A stretch of DNA of 42,818 bases, taken from Chrysiogenia bacterium. GTDB lineage: Bacteria; JAGRBM01. The notes under the pieces are model-generated. The model saw nothing but the letters and a program-made list of their open reading frames with translations, was not told the origin of the DNA and did no database searches. Numbering within the stretch: position 1 is the stretch's first letter; every line of letters begins with the position of its first letter. Location: positions 1 through 42,818 of the forward strand of contig JAGRBM010000369.1 of NCBI GenBank assembly GCA_020434085.1, written 5' to 3'. Below are positions 16,039-31,000 of this stretch, piece after piece. Position numbers and translations under genes: made by a program.

Positions 16039-19000
16039 CAGACGCCATCGATCAGTGGGGGGCCGCCCAGCAGCGCCTTCCCCGGCGAGCAGCTGTGCTT
16101 CACCACTACCCTGACGAACACCGGCAGCCCCGGGTTTAACCCGTATCTGCGTGCGGTGCTTCCACCGGAAATTACCTACAGTTCTTCGACTTACTTGAGC
16201 ACGCCGCTCAGCACCACGGCAGTGGGGATTTTCCCGGCCTCGCCGGGCAACCAGCTCACTGATCCCAAGTCCATGAGCGCGGTCACCGGCCCCGACGGCG
16301 GGACGCTCACGCTGCTGACCATTCCCCTTGGCAGCGTGGTGGACGGAGGACCCGACATCGACGTGGACATTTGCCTGGCTCTCGACGCGATGGCACCGGT
16401 CGGCGCGCCCCTGGACGTGACGCTGCAGCCGGTTTTCGAACTCGGCGACACGCCTACCGGGGCCAACGGGCCCATCGAGGGCATGGCGATGACGACGCAG
16501 GTCACGCCCACGCTCTTCACTATGAGCGCGAGCAACAACGCCCCCGAGGGCGAGCGCGCGCCGGGACCCGATTTTTCCATCACTTATACGACCAGCGTCG
16601 ACGTGGCGAACGCCCAAACGATTTCAAACATCGATATTGATGATGTGCTCGACGCCGACCTGCAGTACGCGGGCGGACTGAGCATTGTCGGGGGTGCCGG
16701 ATGCATGGCCGTCAGTGCCCCCTCGATGGTGGTGCCTGGAGGAACACTGAACGTCACCTGCACCAGCATTGCCGGCACGCTTGCCGGCAGCGAACTGACG
16801 ATCAGCTATCAGGCCTACATCATCGATACGCTTGCCGAGACCGGCTGCGGCACGCAGGGACTGAGTAATGCAATCAGCATGAGCGCCGAGGACGCCATGA
16901 TGAATCCGCTTGCGGCTGCAGATTCCAGCGGCGTGAGCGCCAAGCACCTGCCCATCCAGAAGGGCGCCGGGCCCGGCACGGTCGTGCCCGATGACGTGGT
17001 GACCTACACGCTCAACTTCCAGGTGAGCGACTACGCGACGGCAAACCGGCTCATCATCAACGACGCGCTTCCCGACGGGATGGATTTTACTTCACATGTT
17101 GCGGCGACGGTCGGTGGCGGACCCATCGCGATCGCCCCGACGACCATGACGGCTCTGGGTATTACCAGCATCCAGTACGACGTGACGGCCGTGACGGGAA
17201 ACCTTGCGCCCGGAACGACGGGAACCATCAGCTATACCGGCACGGTGCGTCAGCAGTATCAGAATCCGGTCGCAAACGTCCTGCAGAGTGATCCGCTCTC
17301 CATGGGTGTGGTCAATGACTTCGACCTGACCGCAGGCGGCAGCCTGTGTAGCGATGCTTCCTCAGCGGGGGTGACGGTCAAAAAAATCAACGTGACCAAG
17401 CAGGACGCCACCGGCTCGCTCTTCTATGTGCCCGGCGACGTGGTGCGTTTTCGTCTCGAGGTCTCGATCGAATCCGGCGACAGCCAGGCCTTCGTGCTCG
17501 AAGACTATCTACCCTTGCCCATCTTCGATGTCGACGATCTGGACCTGACGGGCGCGCCAACCATCGCTGCGATGCCCGATGTAGAGTTCGCACCCAGCGA
17601 CAATGTGGGAATGGATCCCACAAGCGTCACCATCGACAGTGCCACCAACAAGATCCGGCTGGAGTTCCCGGCCGTGAGCAGCGGCATGCCGACCACGACG
17701 CAGACCATCGCGGTAGACATCCTCACCACCGTGACGAGCGAACCCTTTGCGCCCCAGCCCTTCCTGACCAACCTGGCGCAGGGCAGCACGGCGAACTCTC
17801 CCGGAACGGCAATCAGCTCGGCCGCCAATACCATGCTTGAGGTGCGCGGCGCCGAACTCATGGTGACCAAGGGTATTTCGGCCAGCTCCAACGCCGTCGC
17901 CGATTCCACCATCACGCCCGCACCGGCCATGACGCCGGTGGACGGCGATATCAGCCAGAGCGACGGTGGCGACACAATCACCTTCGTCACCACTGTGCAG
18001 AACATCGCCGGCGCGAATGCCTATGATGTTCAGATCGTCGACACGCCGGCAGTGGGCCTGACCGGCTGCGCGCTGATCTCGGTTGCCGACGGGATCGGCA
18101 CGCCGCTATCAAACCCCGCCGATTACACGGGCAACCTGTTTGCCGGGGGCATCACGCTCGTCAACCCGATTGAAGAAATGGGGGCGGCGCTGGGCAAGGA
18201 CGAGATCCTCGTCACCTATACCTGCGATCTTTCAAGCACCACGGAACCCGACGACGTCATCACCGACGATGTCACCGTGTTCTTCGCCCACAGTCCTGGC
18301 GCGACGCTCTTTGACCCCGTGACCGATGACGCCACCATCACCATGGCCGCGCCCGATATTTCCATGAGCGTGCTCAGCACCGACGTGCCTGAAACGGGTT
18401 CCAGCCAGGTAAATGCTTCCAATACGGACGTGACCCTGGGTGAGAACGTTACCTTCCAGATTGTGGTGACCGTGCCGGAAGGCCGCTCCGACATCGTGGT
18501 CGACAACGTGATCCCCGCGGGACTCAACTTTGTCTCCAGTAGCTGGATGGCAGGCGCGAACCTGACTCCAATGATGATGCCGCCCTCGGGCACGAGTCTT
18601 GACTTCGGCATTGTGAGCAATACGCCGGACGGGCTGAGTAACGGCGACGACCAGATCGTCATCGATCTCACGCTCCAGCTTCCGGCTGCGACGAGCATCG
18701 GCAACGGGGTTACGAGGACTCCGATGGCGGATCTCACCTACACGGGTGGGACGGCGTCCGACGGGGCGCCGATCGACATCGTGAAGCCCGTCCTGAATCT
18801 GACGTATGCGATCTCTCCGAGTTCCGGCGATGCCGGTACCGGCGTGACCTTTACGCTGACGGCCTCACACGCGGGTAGCTCGCGGGCGCCCGCCTACGAC
18901 CTGGTGCTCACCGACCTGCTCGATTCGGCCTACACGCTCAACGTGGGTTCGGTGACGGAGTTGGCACCGCTGATTGGAGCCACTGTGGACATCGGCAACA

Positions 19001-22000
19001 CCGGCGGCGATACCAGCGTGCAGGTTTCCGCCCCGGTGATGCTGCTCGGTGAGAATTTGAGGATCCAGTATACGGTTACCGTCAATTCCATGGCGATGAC
19101 TCAGACGACCATCACGACTACCGGCGAGTTGGACGCCGATTCGCTTCCCACGACAGGTGATCCCGAGGAAGCGCAATACAACATCACCCGCAACCGCAAC
19201 TTCACGGTGAACTCGCCGAGCATTACTCACACTATTGCCGCGACGAACGAACCCAGCACCGGGTCGGTCAACGGAGCGACGCCCAACATCGACCTGACCA
19301 TTGGCGAGCAGGTGACCTTCGAGGTCAATGTCACCTTCGCGGAGGCAACCGCAAGCGGCGTTTCGGTGGTGGAGCAGCTCGAAAACGCAGATGGTATTCT
19401 CAAGGTGCTGAGCAGCCAGATCACGGCGATCGGCGCCGACCTGAGTTTCACCGCGCCGGGCATCATGGTCGGGCTTGCGGGCACGGCCAGTGACAACGAT
19501 CTCGATACATTCTTCGATCGCGTTACCTGGAATCTGGGGGATGTGACCAATTCCGGCGCCAGTGCTGGAATATCCGCCGCCGACATGATGACCTTCCAGA
19601 TTGTTGCGCAGGTCATCGACAATCCGGCGAATGCCAACGGCGACCTGCTCGATAACACTGCGACACTCAATTACGGTGCCGGCCTTGCCATGAGCGCCGA
19701 CGTGGACCTCGACGTCGTCGAACCGGACCTGACGCTGAACCTGTCGGTTCCGGGGGCCGCGGTGGATTCGAAGGACGTCATCACCGTAACAGCCGAGATC
19801 GACCAGAACTCGCCCACCTCCCAGGCTGACGCGTTCTCGCTCGTCTATACGGACCTGCTGGCCAGCGCCGGTGTTAGTCTTATTCCCACTACTGTAAGCG
19901 CCCCCGGTGGCGTGGTTGTTGCCGGTAACGGCGGTGGCGACACGACCGTGGTCGTGACTTACCCGACGCAGGCGCTCGGTGCGGGCACGCTGACTCTCAC
20001 CTACCAGGTGCAGCTCGAGGACCCCTCTGTCGCGGGGCTGACGGTCCCGGTCTCGGGTACGCTGGGCTGGGACAGCCAGGGCGCAGTGCCCGGCGTGGAA
20101 ACCCGCAGCCACAGCGACGGCGATGGCGCAAGCATCAACATCGATGAACCCACGATCGCGCACAGTATCTTCGCGACCGACGTCGCCCAGACCGGCAGTG
20201 CCCGGCATGTGGGCGGCGTGGAAGATCTGGCCATCGGCGAGTCGGTCACGCATTATATGACCGTGACCTTTGCCGAAGGAACCAATCAGGGCATTGTCGT
20301 GCGTGAAGAGCTCGACACCGTCGGCGAGCGACTGGAGGTGGTGAGCACCCAGGTCGTCTCCGTGGGCGCCAACCTCTCGGGTGCGAGCCTCCCGGTCGTC
20401 GCCTCGACGGCAACAAATGTGACCGCCACCAGTGCCGAGTGGATCCTCAATGACATCGTGAACGCGGGTGATAATGGGCCCGGTCCTGGCTACGCAAACA
20501 ACGTCGATGGGGACGATCAGATCGTCTTCGAAGTGGTGGCGGTACTGGTCGACGACGCGCCCGATACCAATGTCGACGGCGACTCGCCCGTCAACGTCGC
20601 GCGCCTGCAGCATGACAATGGGGCTGACAAGACGGCCAATGTGACTCTCGACGTGGCAGAGCCGGTGCTCGATATCCAGATGGCTTCCGACAGCCCAACC
20701 GGTGACGCGGGCAATCTGGTGCAGTTTACTGTGACCGTTAGCAATGACGGCGGTGCGCCCTTCAACTCCGACGCGCCGGCTTTCGACCTGGTGATCGAGG
20801 ATCTACTCGACCCGGACCTGAGCCTTAACGTGGGATCGGTTACGCAGGTGAGTGCCTTGGGCGGCTTTGCCGTCGTGAGCGGGAACACCGGTGGTGATAC
20901 GACCGTGCAGGTAACCCTGCCGGCGCTGCTGCTGGGTGAAACACTTGAATTCACTTACACCGCAAGTATCTCCACGGCGGTCGCACCGATGGATATGATC
21001 TCCACCACTGCGACCATCGACTTCGACAGCTATCCGGCGGACCCGCCCAGTGGCGCTGCTGATCAGCGCGCCTACAACGCAAGCGAGGGCAACACCCTGA
21101 CCATCCTGCCCATCGTGGTGGGTCACGTCATCACGGCGACCTCGGAAGTCGCTTCTACCTCGGCGCAATATAATCCTGCCGTGACCGACCTGCTCATCGG
21201 CGAGCAGGTGACCATGGAGATCGAGATCACCCTGCCCGAGGGCACCACCTCGAACGCTGCACTCAGTGAGCTCCTGGACAAGACCGTTGGTGTCTACGAG
21301 GTCGTCAGCAGCGAGATCACCCATATCGGCGGCCAGCTCACCATCGGTAGCGGACTCATGGTAGGTGACTCCGGCGTGGCCAGCGATTCGAACGCCGACC
21401 TCGCCAACGATCAAGTCACCTGGACGTTGGGCAATGTGCTCAACAATCCCGACGGTATGCAGACCGACGACGATCGCATCCGCGCCGAGATCGTCGCACG
21501 TCCCATCGACCGCGCGAGCAATGCAGCGGCGGATCTGGCCACACATACGGCTGAATTCACGTACGGAATTGCCGCCAGCGGCAGTGCCGACGTGCAGACT
21601 GAGATCGTGGAGCCCGTTCTTGATCTGACGCTGGCGGGAACTCCCGGCAGCGCCGACGCGGGCGATACAATCAGCTACACGGGCACGATCACGCACAACG
21701 GCGCTTCGACCGGACCGGCACAGGATGTCATCTACACGCACGTGCTCGCGGGGCCGGATCTGATCCTGACGCCCGGCACGATCGTTGCTCCGGGCGGCAC
21801 GGTCATCAGCGGTGACAACCCCGGCGACGATACCGTCACGGTGGTCTTCCCCTCACTGGCGCTTGCGGGCGGCCCGCTCACGGTGGACTATGACGCCGTT
21901 CTCCAGAACAGCGTGCAGCCGACGGACACTGCCGATACCGAGGCGACGGTCCACTGGAACAGCGTCTCGCCCTTCAGTGCCGGTATCACCCGGCGCTCGG

Positions 22001-25000
22001 TTCGCCCGGCGACCGAGAGTACGGACATCGACGACAACGCGGTGGGGAGCGTCTCCATCCTCAGCACCACCGATGGCAATACCGGAACCGGGCAGGGCAA
22101 TCCCGTCCTGGCCGACCTGAACATCGGTGAGAGTGTGACCTTCAGCGTGACGGTGACCTTCATCGAAGGAACCACCAAGAATTCGAGTTTCAGCTTCGAC
22201 CTGCCCAAGGGGACGGGCGCGCTCGAAGTGACTGCATCGAGCGTGCTGGGCGTGGGGGCCCAGCTCTCGGGCGCCGGGCTGCCTACCGTGGGACAGGCGG
22301 GCGCACCCTCCGACACCAACGGCGATGGGATCGATGATCGTGTGACCTGGACGCTGGGGAACGTCCTCAATACCGCCGACCAGGCCCTCAACGGCCTGGA
22401 CCAGATTACCTTCAGCATTACCGGCCGCGTGGCCGATCTGCCGGTGAACGCCGGCGGCGATACGCTCACCAACACCGCGACGCTTACCTACTCGGGCGGC
22501 TCCCAGTCGCAGATGCTGGATGTGGACATTGTCGAGCCGGTGCTGGTTATCACCAAGACCGGCAGCCTGCCGCCGGGGACTGCGCAGGCGGGCGGCGCGG
22601 CGGTCACCTACACCGTCACAGTGGAAAACCCCTCGGGCAACGGTTCGAGCGCGCCCGCCTATGCGCTGCGGATCGACGACCTGCTCGACCCCGATCTGGC
22701 TCTCGTCGTTGGGAGCGTCACCGAGACCAGCGCACTGGGAATGAGCGTTGCCGAAGGAAACACCGGCGGCGACGACTCGGTGACCGTGAATCTGGGTGAC
22801 CTGCAGCTCGGAGAAACACTGACCTTCACCTACCAGGCGGGTGTGAATGCCGGCGTTGCCCTGGGCACCATGATCACCAACACCGCGAGCCTGCAGGCCG
22901 ACAGCGCGCCCACCTACGTGGCAGGCGCGACGCGGCGCCAGAACCCCAGCGACATGCACACGATTGAAGTGGGCGCGGTCGATCTGACGGTCTTGCTCGA
23001 CGATGGTGCGGTTACGGCTAATCCCGGCGACGACGTCACTTACACGGCGACCTATGAGAACGTGGGCAACGTAGCCGCCACGGGCGTCACGCTGAGCCTC
23101 GTGGTGCCCACCGGCACGACCTTCAACCTTGGCATGAGTGCGGGCTGGACCTGTCTTGTGGCGGGTGCAGCCGGTGACACTTGCTCCAACATGATCGGCG
23201 GCGTCCCGGCGGCCTCGGGCGCGGCCATGTCGAGCTTCGTGCTCACTGTGGACGATCCGGTCCCGGCCGGGGTTACCGAGGTGATGACGAGCATCGCCAT
23301 TGCCGACGATGGTGCCAGCGGCGCCGACGATGTACCCGGCGACAATTCGGCAAGCGAGAACACCCCGGTGAGCGCGGTTCCCGATCTCACCATCGATGTC
23401 GATGATCCCGCTGGTCCGGTCAGCCCCGGCGGGCAGATTCTCTACAGCGTGAGCTACGACAACAACGGTCCGGGTGCCAGCCAAGGGGCGACCGGGGTGG
23501 AGATCACCCTCATCGTGCCGGCCGGGACGAGCTTCGACGATCCGGCCACGACTGCGGCCTGGGCTTGCGCGCCCGATGACAGCGCAGGCAGCACTTGTAC
23601 GCTGTCGGTGGGCGGATTGGCTGCCGGTGCCATGGGCAGCGCGGATTTCGTGCTCGCGGTGAACGCTTCGGTGGCCACGGCTCTGGAGCAGGTGGTCCTT
23701 GACGTGGCCATCGCCGACGATGGTACCAACGGCGCCGATCCCGACCTGCTCAACAACATGGACTCGGCCGCGGCGGTTTCCATCGATGCCGCCCCGGATC
23801 TTGCGATGAGCCTGATGGGGCCGGGCCTCACCGCCAACCCCGGTGACAACGTCCCCTACACGGCAACCTACGACAACCTGGGTGACCAGGGAGCAACCGG
23901 CGTGACGCTCTCGCTCACTGTCCCGGCGGGAACCTTCTTCAACTTCAGTGCCAGCGCCGCGGGCTGGGCCTGCACGCCCACCTCCAGTGCAGGCAGCGCC
24001 TGCACCTTCGCGGTATCGGGCACGGTCGATCCGAGCGACCCGGCGGGCAATGTCGCCTTTACCCTCACCGTGGTAAATCCCGTTCCCTCGGGCACGCCTG
24101 GGACACTGAGCACTACGGTCAGCGTCAGCGACGACGGTGCCAACGGTGCCGATTCCGATCCGCTGAACAATTCCGACACGGCCATGGGAACGACCATCAA
24201 TGCCGGTCCAGATCTTACCCTGAGCGTTGATGATTCGATCAGCGCGGCCGATCCCGGGGATACGGTGGTCTACACCCTGGTTGTCGAAAACGTGGGCACC
24301 CAGGATGCCATCGGCGTCGTGCTGACCAACCCGGTACCGGTCGGCGTGAGCTTTAACGCCGGCGCCAGCAGTGCGGGCTGGGCTTGTGCGCCCGCCTGCA
24401 CGCTCTCGGTGGGAGCAGTCGCTGCCGGTGGCAGCCGCACGCGCACCATCGCCTTCGACATCCCCGCGACGCTGACTGCAGGAGTGGCTTCTATCACCAA
24501 CAGTGCCAGCGTGGCCGACGACGGCAGCGGCGGAGCGGACCTCACGCCCGGTGACAACAGCGCGAGCCACGTGACCCCCGTGGATGCGGCCCCCGATCTC
24601 TCGCTGAGCCTCGACGACGGCGGAGCCAGTGTCGTGCCCGGCAACCCGATTACCTATACGACGACCTATGAGAACAACGGCACGCAGAACGCAGCCGGCG
24701 TGAGCATTGCCGTGACCGTTCCCACGAATACGAGTTTCAATTCCGGTGCCAGCACCGGCGCCTGGGTCTGCGTGCCTGATGCGAGTCCAGGTTCGATCTG
24801 CACGAGCGCTATCGGCGCCGTAGCGGCGGGCGCCTCGGTCATGATCGACGTGGTGCTGGACGTCGTTGTTAGCGTGCCCGGGGGTACTACCGAGATCACC
24901 ACCAACGCGCAGATCAGCGATGATGGTGCCAACGGTGCTGATCTCACCCCGGCTGACAACAGCGCTTCGGATACCACCACCGTGAGCGCGGCGCCCGACT

Positions 25001-28000
25001 TGAGCGTGAGCGTTGCCGACCCGGCTGGTCCCGTGGTGCCCGGCGACGATGTGGCCTGGGCGATCACCTACGACAACATTGGCACGCAGGATGCGGCCGG
25101 CGTCACGCTGGTCACCACCGTCCCCACGGGCAGCACTTTCAACGGCGCGCTCAGCCCGGCCGGCTGGGCCTGCACCGCCGGCGGCATCGCAGGCGCGACC
25201 TGCACCTTCACCGTCGCCGGAACCGTCGCGGCGGCAGATCCGGCCGTGATGGTGAACTTTGTGGTGAGCGTCGATGATCCGATTGCCGCGGGCGTGGATG
25301 GCCTCTCGCTGAGCGTGAGCGTCGCCGACGACGGTGCCAACGGTGCCGATCTGACGCCTGCCGACAACACCGACGCCTCGGCGCAGCCCGCGATCACCGC
25401 GGCACCGAACCTGAACGTCACGGTCGAAGGTCCGGGAGGCAATGTCTCCCCCGGAGACTCGGCTTCCTACACGATCATCTATGAGAACACCGGCAGCCAG
25501 GGCGCCACTGGCGTGTTCCTTACCTTTACAGTCCCGCCGGGTACCATGTTCCAGAGCGCGGGAAGCCCAGGTTGGACCTGCCTGCCCGATGGCAGTGCGG
25601 GCAGCACCTGCACCTACAACGTAGGCGGCGTTCCCGCGGGCAACCCGCCCGTGGGCGTGGGCATCACGGTCAAGCTGCTCGATCCAATGACGCCCGGGGT
25701 GGAGACCCTCGATCCCGGCGCGAGCGTCGGAGACGACGGCGGCAACGGTCCCGACGAGGACCCGGGTGATAACGGTGGTAGCGCTTCCGATACCGCGGGT
25801 GATTCGGGCGTGAGTGCCACGCCGGACCTCACCCTCGGCGCCGATGATGGCGGGGTGAGCGTGAACCCTGGCGACCAGATCAGCTACACGCTCAGCTATG
25901 CCAATGCGGGCGACCAGTCCGTGGCCGGCGCGCAGATTGCGCTCATCGTTCCCGCCGGAACGAGCTTCAACCTGGGCATGAGTGCGGGCTGGAGCTGCAT
26001 GGTGGCTGGTGCGGCGGGCGATACCTGCACGCTGAATATCGGGGCGCTCGCCGGAAACGGCGGCAGCGGCATGAGCACGCTGGTGCTCGACGTGGACTCG
26101 CCCATCGGTGGGGCGATAGAGGAGATCGCCTTCAGTGCGACCATCTCCGATACCGCTTCGATGGAAGCCGATGCCAATGCTCCAGATAACACCGCGACTG
26201 AGACGACGCCCATCGATGCCTCGCCCGATCTGTATGTGAGCGCGACGGGGCCAGGCGGGACGCTGGTGCTCGTCCCGGCAGGGCCGAACCCGAACCTCAG
26301 CTATACGATCAACTACGCCAACGACAATACGCTGGGCATGCAGGCGGCCAGCGGCGTAGAGATCGCCATCACTGTGCCGGCGGGCACCAGCTTTGACGAC
26401 CCGGCTACCACGGCGGCCTGGGCCTGCCTCCCCGACACGAGCGCGGGCAGCACCTGCACGCTCTCGGTGGGGGCACTGGCCATCGCGGGCAGCGGCAGCG
26501 CCGACTTCGTTCTCGCCGTGGACAACCCGCTGGCAGCGGGACTGACAGGCGTGGCGATCACCGCCGACATCTCCGACGACGGGATGAACGGCTCCGATGC
26601 CAACGCCGCCGACAATACGAGCACCTCGACCAGCACGACCCTCGATGGTGCGCCCGATCTCGTAATCGACGTCACCGGCCCGGGCCTCTCGGCCACGCCG
26701 GGCAACAATGTCGCTTACATGGTGGGCTATGAGAACGTGGGCACCCAGGACGCTGGGGGCGTGACGCTCACGATGACCGTCCCCACAGGGTCGAGCTTCA
26801 ACCCGGGCGCCAGCAGCGCGGGCTGGGTATGCGCGCCCGACAACAGCGCGGGCAGTACCTGCACCTTTGACCTTGGTAGCGTCGGAGCCGGTGATCCGGC
26901 CGGCAGCAAGAACTTCGTGGTCACCCTGCTCAACCCCGCACCCGCGGGCGCGGGTCCGAGCATCGGCATGAGCGGCATGATCGGTGACGACGGCGCCAAC
27001 GGAGCGGACCTTACCGGTGGCGACAACATGGACACCGACAGTGGGACGACGCTGAGCGCCGCGCCCGATCTCACTCTCGCAGCCAGCGACGGCGGCGTGA
27101 GCGTCAACCCGGGTGGCCAGGTGACCTACACCCTGGGCTACGCCAATGCTGGCGACCAGGACGCCACAGGCGTAACACTGACCGCCACCGTTCCTGCCAA
27201 CACGAGCTTCAACGCGGCGGCAAGCACGGCAGGCTGGATGTGCGCGCCCGATAGCGGCGCGGGCAGTATGTGCACGCTGAGCATCGGCAACCTCGGGGGC
27301 GGCGGCGCCGCCGGAAGTGCCCTATTTGTCCTGGACGCGGCAGCCATGATTGCTGCCGGCGCCGACGATGTGAGCTTCAGTGCCAGCATTGCTGACGACG
27401 GGGCCAACGGTGCCGATCCCACGCCCGGCGACAACGCTGCGATGGACACAACTCCCATCGACGCCGAACCCGATCTCTCGATCATGGTAAGCGACGGCGG
27501 CGGCACCCTCATGCCCGGCGATCTGCTGACCTATTCGATCGATTACGAAAACAACGGCACGCAGAGTGCCACCGGCGTTTATCTGGAAATCACAGTTCCC
27601 GTGAACACGAGCTTCAATGCCGGTGCGAGCCCGATGGGCTGGGTTTGCGCGCCCGATACCAGCGCGGGCAGCACCTGTACCTTTGCCGTGGGCGCAGTGG
27701 CCAGTGGCGCCATGGGGGCCACGAGTGCTGTCTTCAGCGTCGCCACCGAAATTCCTTCAGGCACAACGCAGATCACCGGCACGACCACCATCGGTGATGA
27801 TGGTACCAACGGCGGCGATGCCGACAACGTGGACAACTCGGTGACGCTCGACACGCCGCTTGACGCGGTGCCCGATCTTTCGGTGAGTCTCAATACGCCC
27901 GCCGGCCCGGTTATTCCCGCAGACACGGTGACTTGGGTGGTGAGCTATGAGAATGCCGGCGGTCAGGACGCTACCGGGGTTGTGCTGAGTGCCACCGTGC

Positions 28001-31000
28001 CCAGCGGTACGACCTTCAATGCCGGTGCGAGCAACCCGCTCTGGATGTGCGCGGGAGTGAGCTGCACCTTGAGCGTCGGCGCGCTCGCCGCGGGCGTGGC
28101 GCCCGTGGATGTGGACTTTGCCGTGGACGTCAACGATCCGGCGGCGGCGGGGCTGGGTTCGCTTTCCTTCAGCGTGAGCATCGCCGACGACGGCGCAAAC
28201 GGCAGTGATGCCAACGGGACCGACAACTCCGACACCTCAAATGCCCCGACGGTTACGGCGGCGCCTGACCTGGTGATCGATGTCGCAGGCCCCGGGGGCA
28301 GCGTCGGCGCGGGCGACCCGATCGGCTTCACGATTACCTACCAGAACACCGGCAGCCAGGCTGCGACGGGCGTCGAGCTCAGCTTTACGATTCCGCCGAG
28401 CACGCAGCTCAATGCGTTGGGTAGTCCCGGTTGGGTATGCGCTCCCGATGGCAGTGCAGGCAGTGCTTGCACCTATGCCATCGGCAGCGTGCCTTCGGGC
28501 GGCGCGGCGATGGGCGTGGGCCTGACCCTCATGGCGCTCGATCCAATCGATTCGGGCGTTGAGGGCGCGGACATCAGCGTGACCCTGGGGGATGACGGCG
28601 CCAACGGCGCTGACGAGAACCCGCTCGACAATACCGAGAGCGCTTCAGACGGTGGCGGCGATGTCGCGCTTGCGGCGGCGCCGGACCTCACGATCAGTGC
28701 CGATGACGGCGGCGCCACGCCCATGCCCGGTGACTCGGTAAGCTACGCATTGGATTATGGCAACGCAGGTGGCCAGTCGGCTGCCGGCGCGCAGATCTCA
28801 GTGACGGTGCCGACGGGATCAAGCTTCAACCTCGGCATGAGCGCGGGCTGGACCTGCCTGGTGGCAGGGGCAGCCGGCGACACATGCAGCTTGAACATCG
28901 GTGCCCTTGCCGGCGGCGCCATGGGCGGCACCACCGCAGTGCTGGATGTGGACTCACCCCTTGGCAGCGCCATTGAAGTTGTTGCCTTCAGCGCGAGCAT
29001 CGCCGACACCGCAGCGATGGAAGCCGACGAGAATCCGGCCGACAACACCGCAGCAGTGAACACCGCGATCGATGCAGCGCCCGATCTGCAGCTCAGTATT
29101 GTGGGGCCCGGTGGCAGCGTTGCCCTCGTGGCGGCGGGCCCGAATCCCACGATTGCCTACGCCTTTAACTACGCCAACGACGATACGCTCGGTAGCCAGG
29201 GCGCGACCGGAGTGACGCTGACGACCACGGTCCCGGCGGGTACGCTCTTCAGTTCCGGCGATACGAGCGCGACGTGGACCTGCCTGCCCGGCAACGGCGC
29301 GGGCAGCACCTGCACCCACAGCGTGGGGACCCTGGCCCTCAACGGCAGTGGTAGCGCGGACTTCGTTCTTCAGGTGGAAAACCCGGCGGCCGCCGTATTT
29401 ACGAGCGTCTCGATTTCCGGTGCGATTGGCGATGACGGCATGAACGGCGCCGACGTGGCGCCCGCCGACAACACGAGCACTTCGGGCGCGGTCAGCATTG
29501 ATGCTGCTCCCGATCTGCTGATCACCGTAACGGGCCCGAACCTGAGTGCCATGCCGGGACAGAATGTCGCCTACATGGTGGGTTACCAGAATATCGGTAC
29601 GCAGGACGCGACCGGTGTGGTGCTCACCATGACAATCCCGCAGGGTACGAGCTTCAATCCTTCCGCCAGCGCGGCGGGTTGGAGCTGCACGCCGAGCATT
29701 CTTGCGGGCAGCACCTGCACCTACAGCGTCGGCAATGTGGGCGCCGGCGATCCTGCCGGCAGCGTGAACTTTGTCGTCATTGTGGATAGCCCCGTGGCGG
29801 CGGGCGTGCCCGCGACCATCACGCTCGGTGGCTCCGTCGGCGACGACGGCGCCAACGGTGCCGATCTCGACGGTGGCAATGACATGACGAGCGATGCCGG
29901 AAGCAGCATCGACGCTCAGCCCGATCTGACCTTGAGCGTCTTTGACGGCGGCGCGAGCGTCGTGCCCGGCGGGCAGGTGAGCTACCTGCTCAGCTACGCC
30001 AATACCGGCGACAAGGGCTCCACCGGTGTCGCACTGACTGCCACGGTTCCTCCCGACGCGACCTTCAACCTGGGGGCGAGCACCGCGGGCTGGGTCTGCC
30101 TGCCGGATTCCAGCGCGGGCAGCACCTGCACCTTCAGTGTGGGCGGCGTTCCCGCCGGCGGCGCGGGCAGCGCCACCTTCGTGGTAGATATCGCCCTGAG
30201 CGTGGGCTCCGGTGTTACTCTTATCACTCAGAATGCGAGCATTGCCGATGACGGTATGAATGGCGCCGACGCAACGCCCGGTGACAACGCCGCGAGCGAT
30301 ACGACAAACCTCAACGCCGAGCCCAACCTGGCCCTCACCTTCAGTGACGGCGGGGCGGGGGCCATGCCCGGTGATACGGTGACCTACACGGCTACCGTGG
30401 AGAACCAGGGCAACCAGGAAGCCACCGGCATCATCGTCGCGAGTTCCGTGCCCGACAACACGGTATTCAATCCTGCTGCCAGCACCATGGGCTGGGTCTG
30501 TGTGCCCGACAACTCGGCCAGCAGCAACTGCACCATCAACGTGGGAGCGCTCGTCTCGGGCGCCATGACCAGCGTGAACTTCGCCGTGGATATTGACGAC
30601 CCAGTTCCCAGTGGTGTGACCCAGATCAGTGCTTCGGGTTCGGTGGCCGACGACGGTACCAACGGAGTAGATCCCGATCTGGGCAACAACGGCCAGAGCG
30701 ACACTACGCCGCTGGGTGCGTTCCCCGACCTGAGCGTTTCGGTAACAGACCCGGCAAGCCCCGTCGTGCCCGGCGACAGTGTCAGCTACGTGATTGCCTA
30801 CGACAACGTGGGCGATCAGGACGCGGTGAACGTGGTGATTGATGTGATCCTTGGTGCGGGCGCGGGTTTCAATGCCGGGGCGAGCAGTCCGGGCTGGAAC
30901 TGCACGGGACTTTCCTGCTCGCTCAGTGTGGGCGCGGTGGATGCCGCCGATCCGGCGGGGAGCACGACGCTCGTCGTCGACATTGACGATCCTATCGCAG

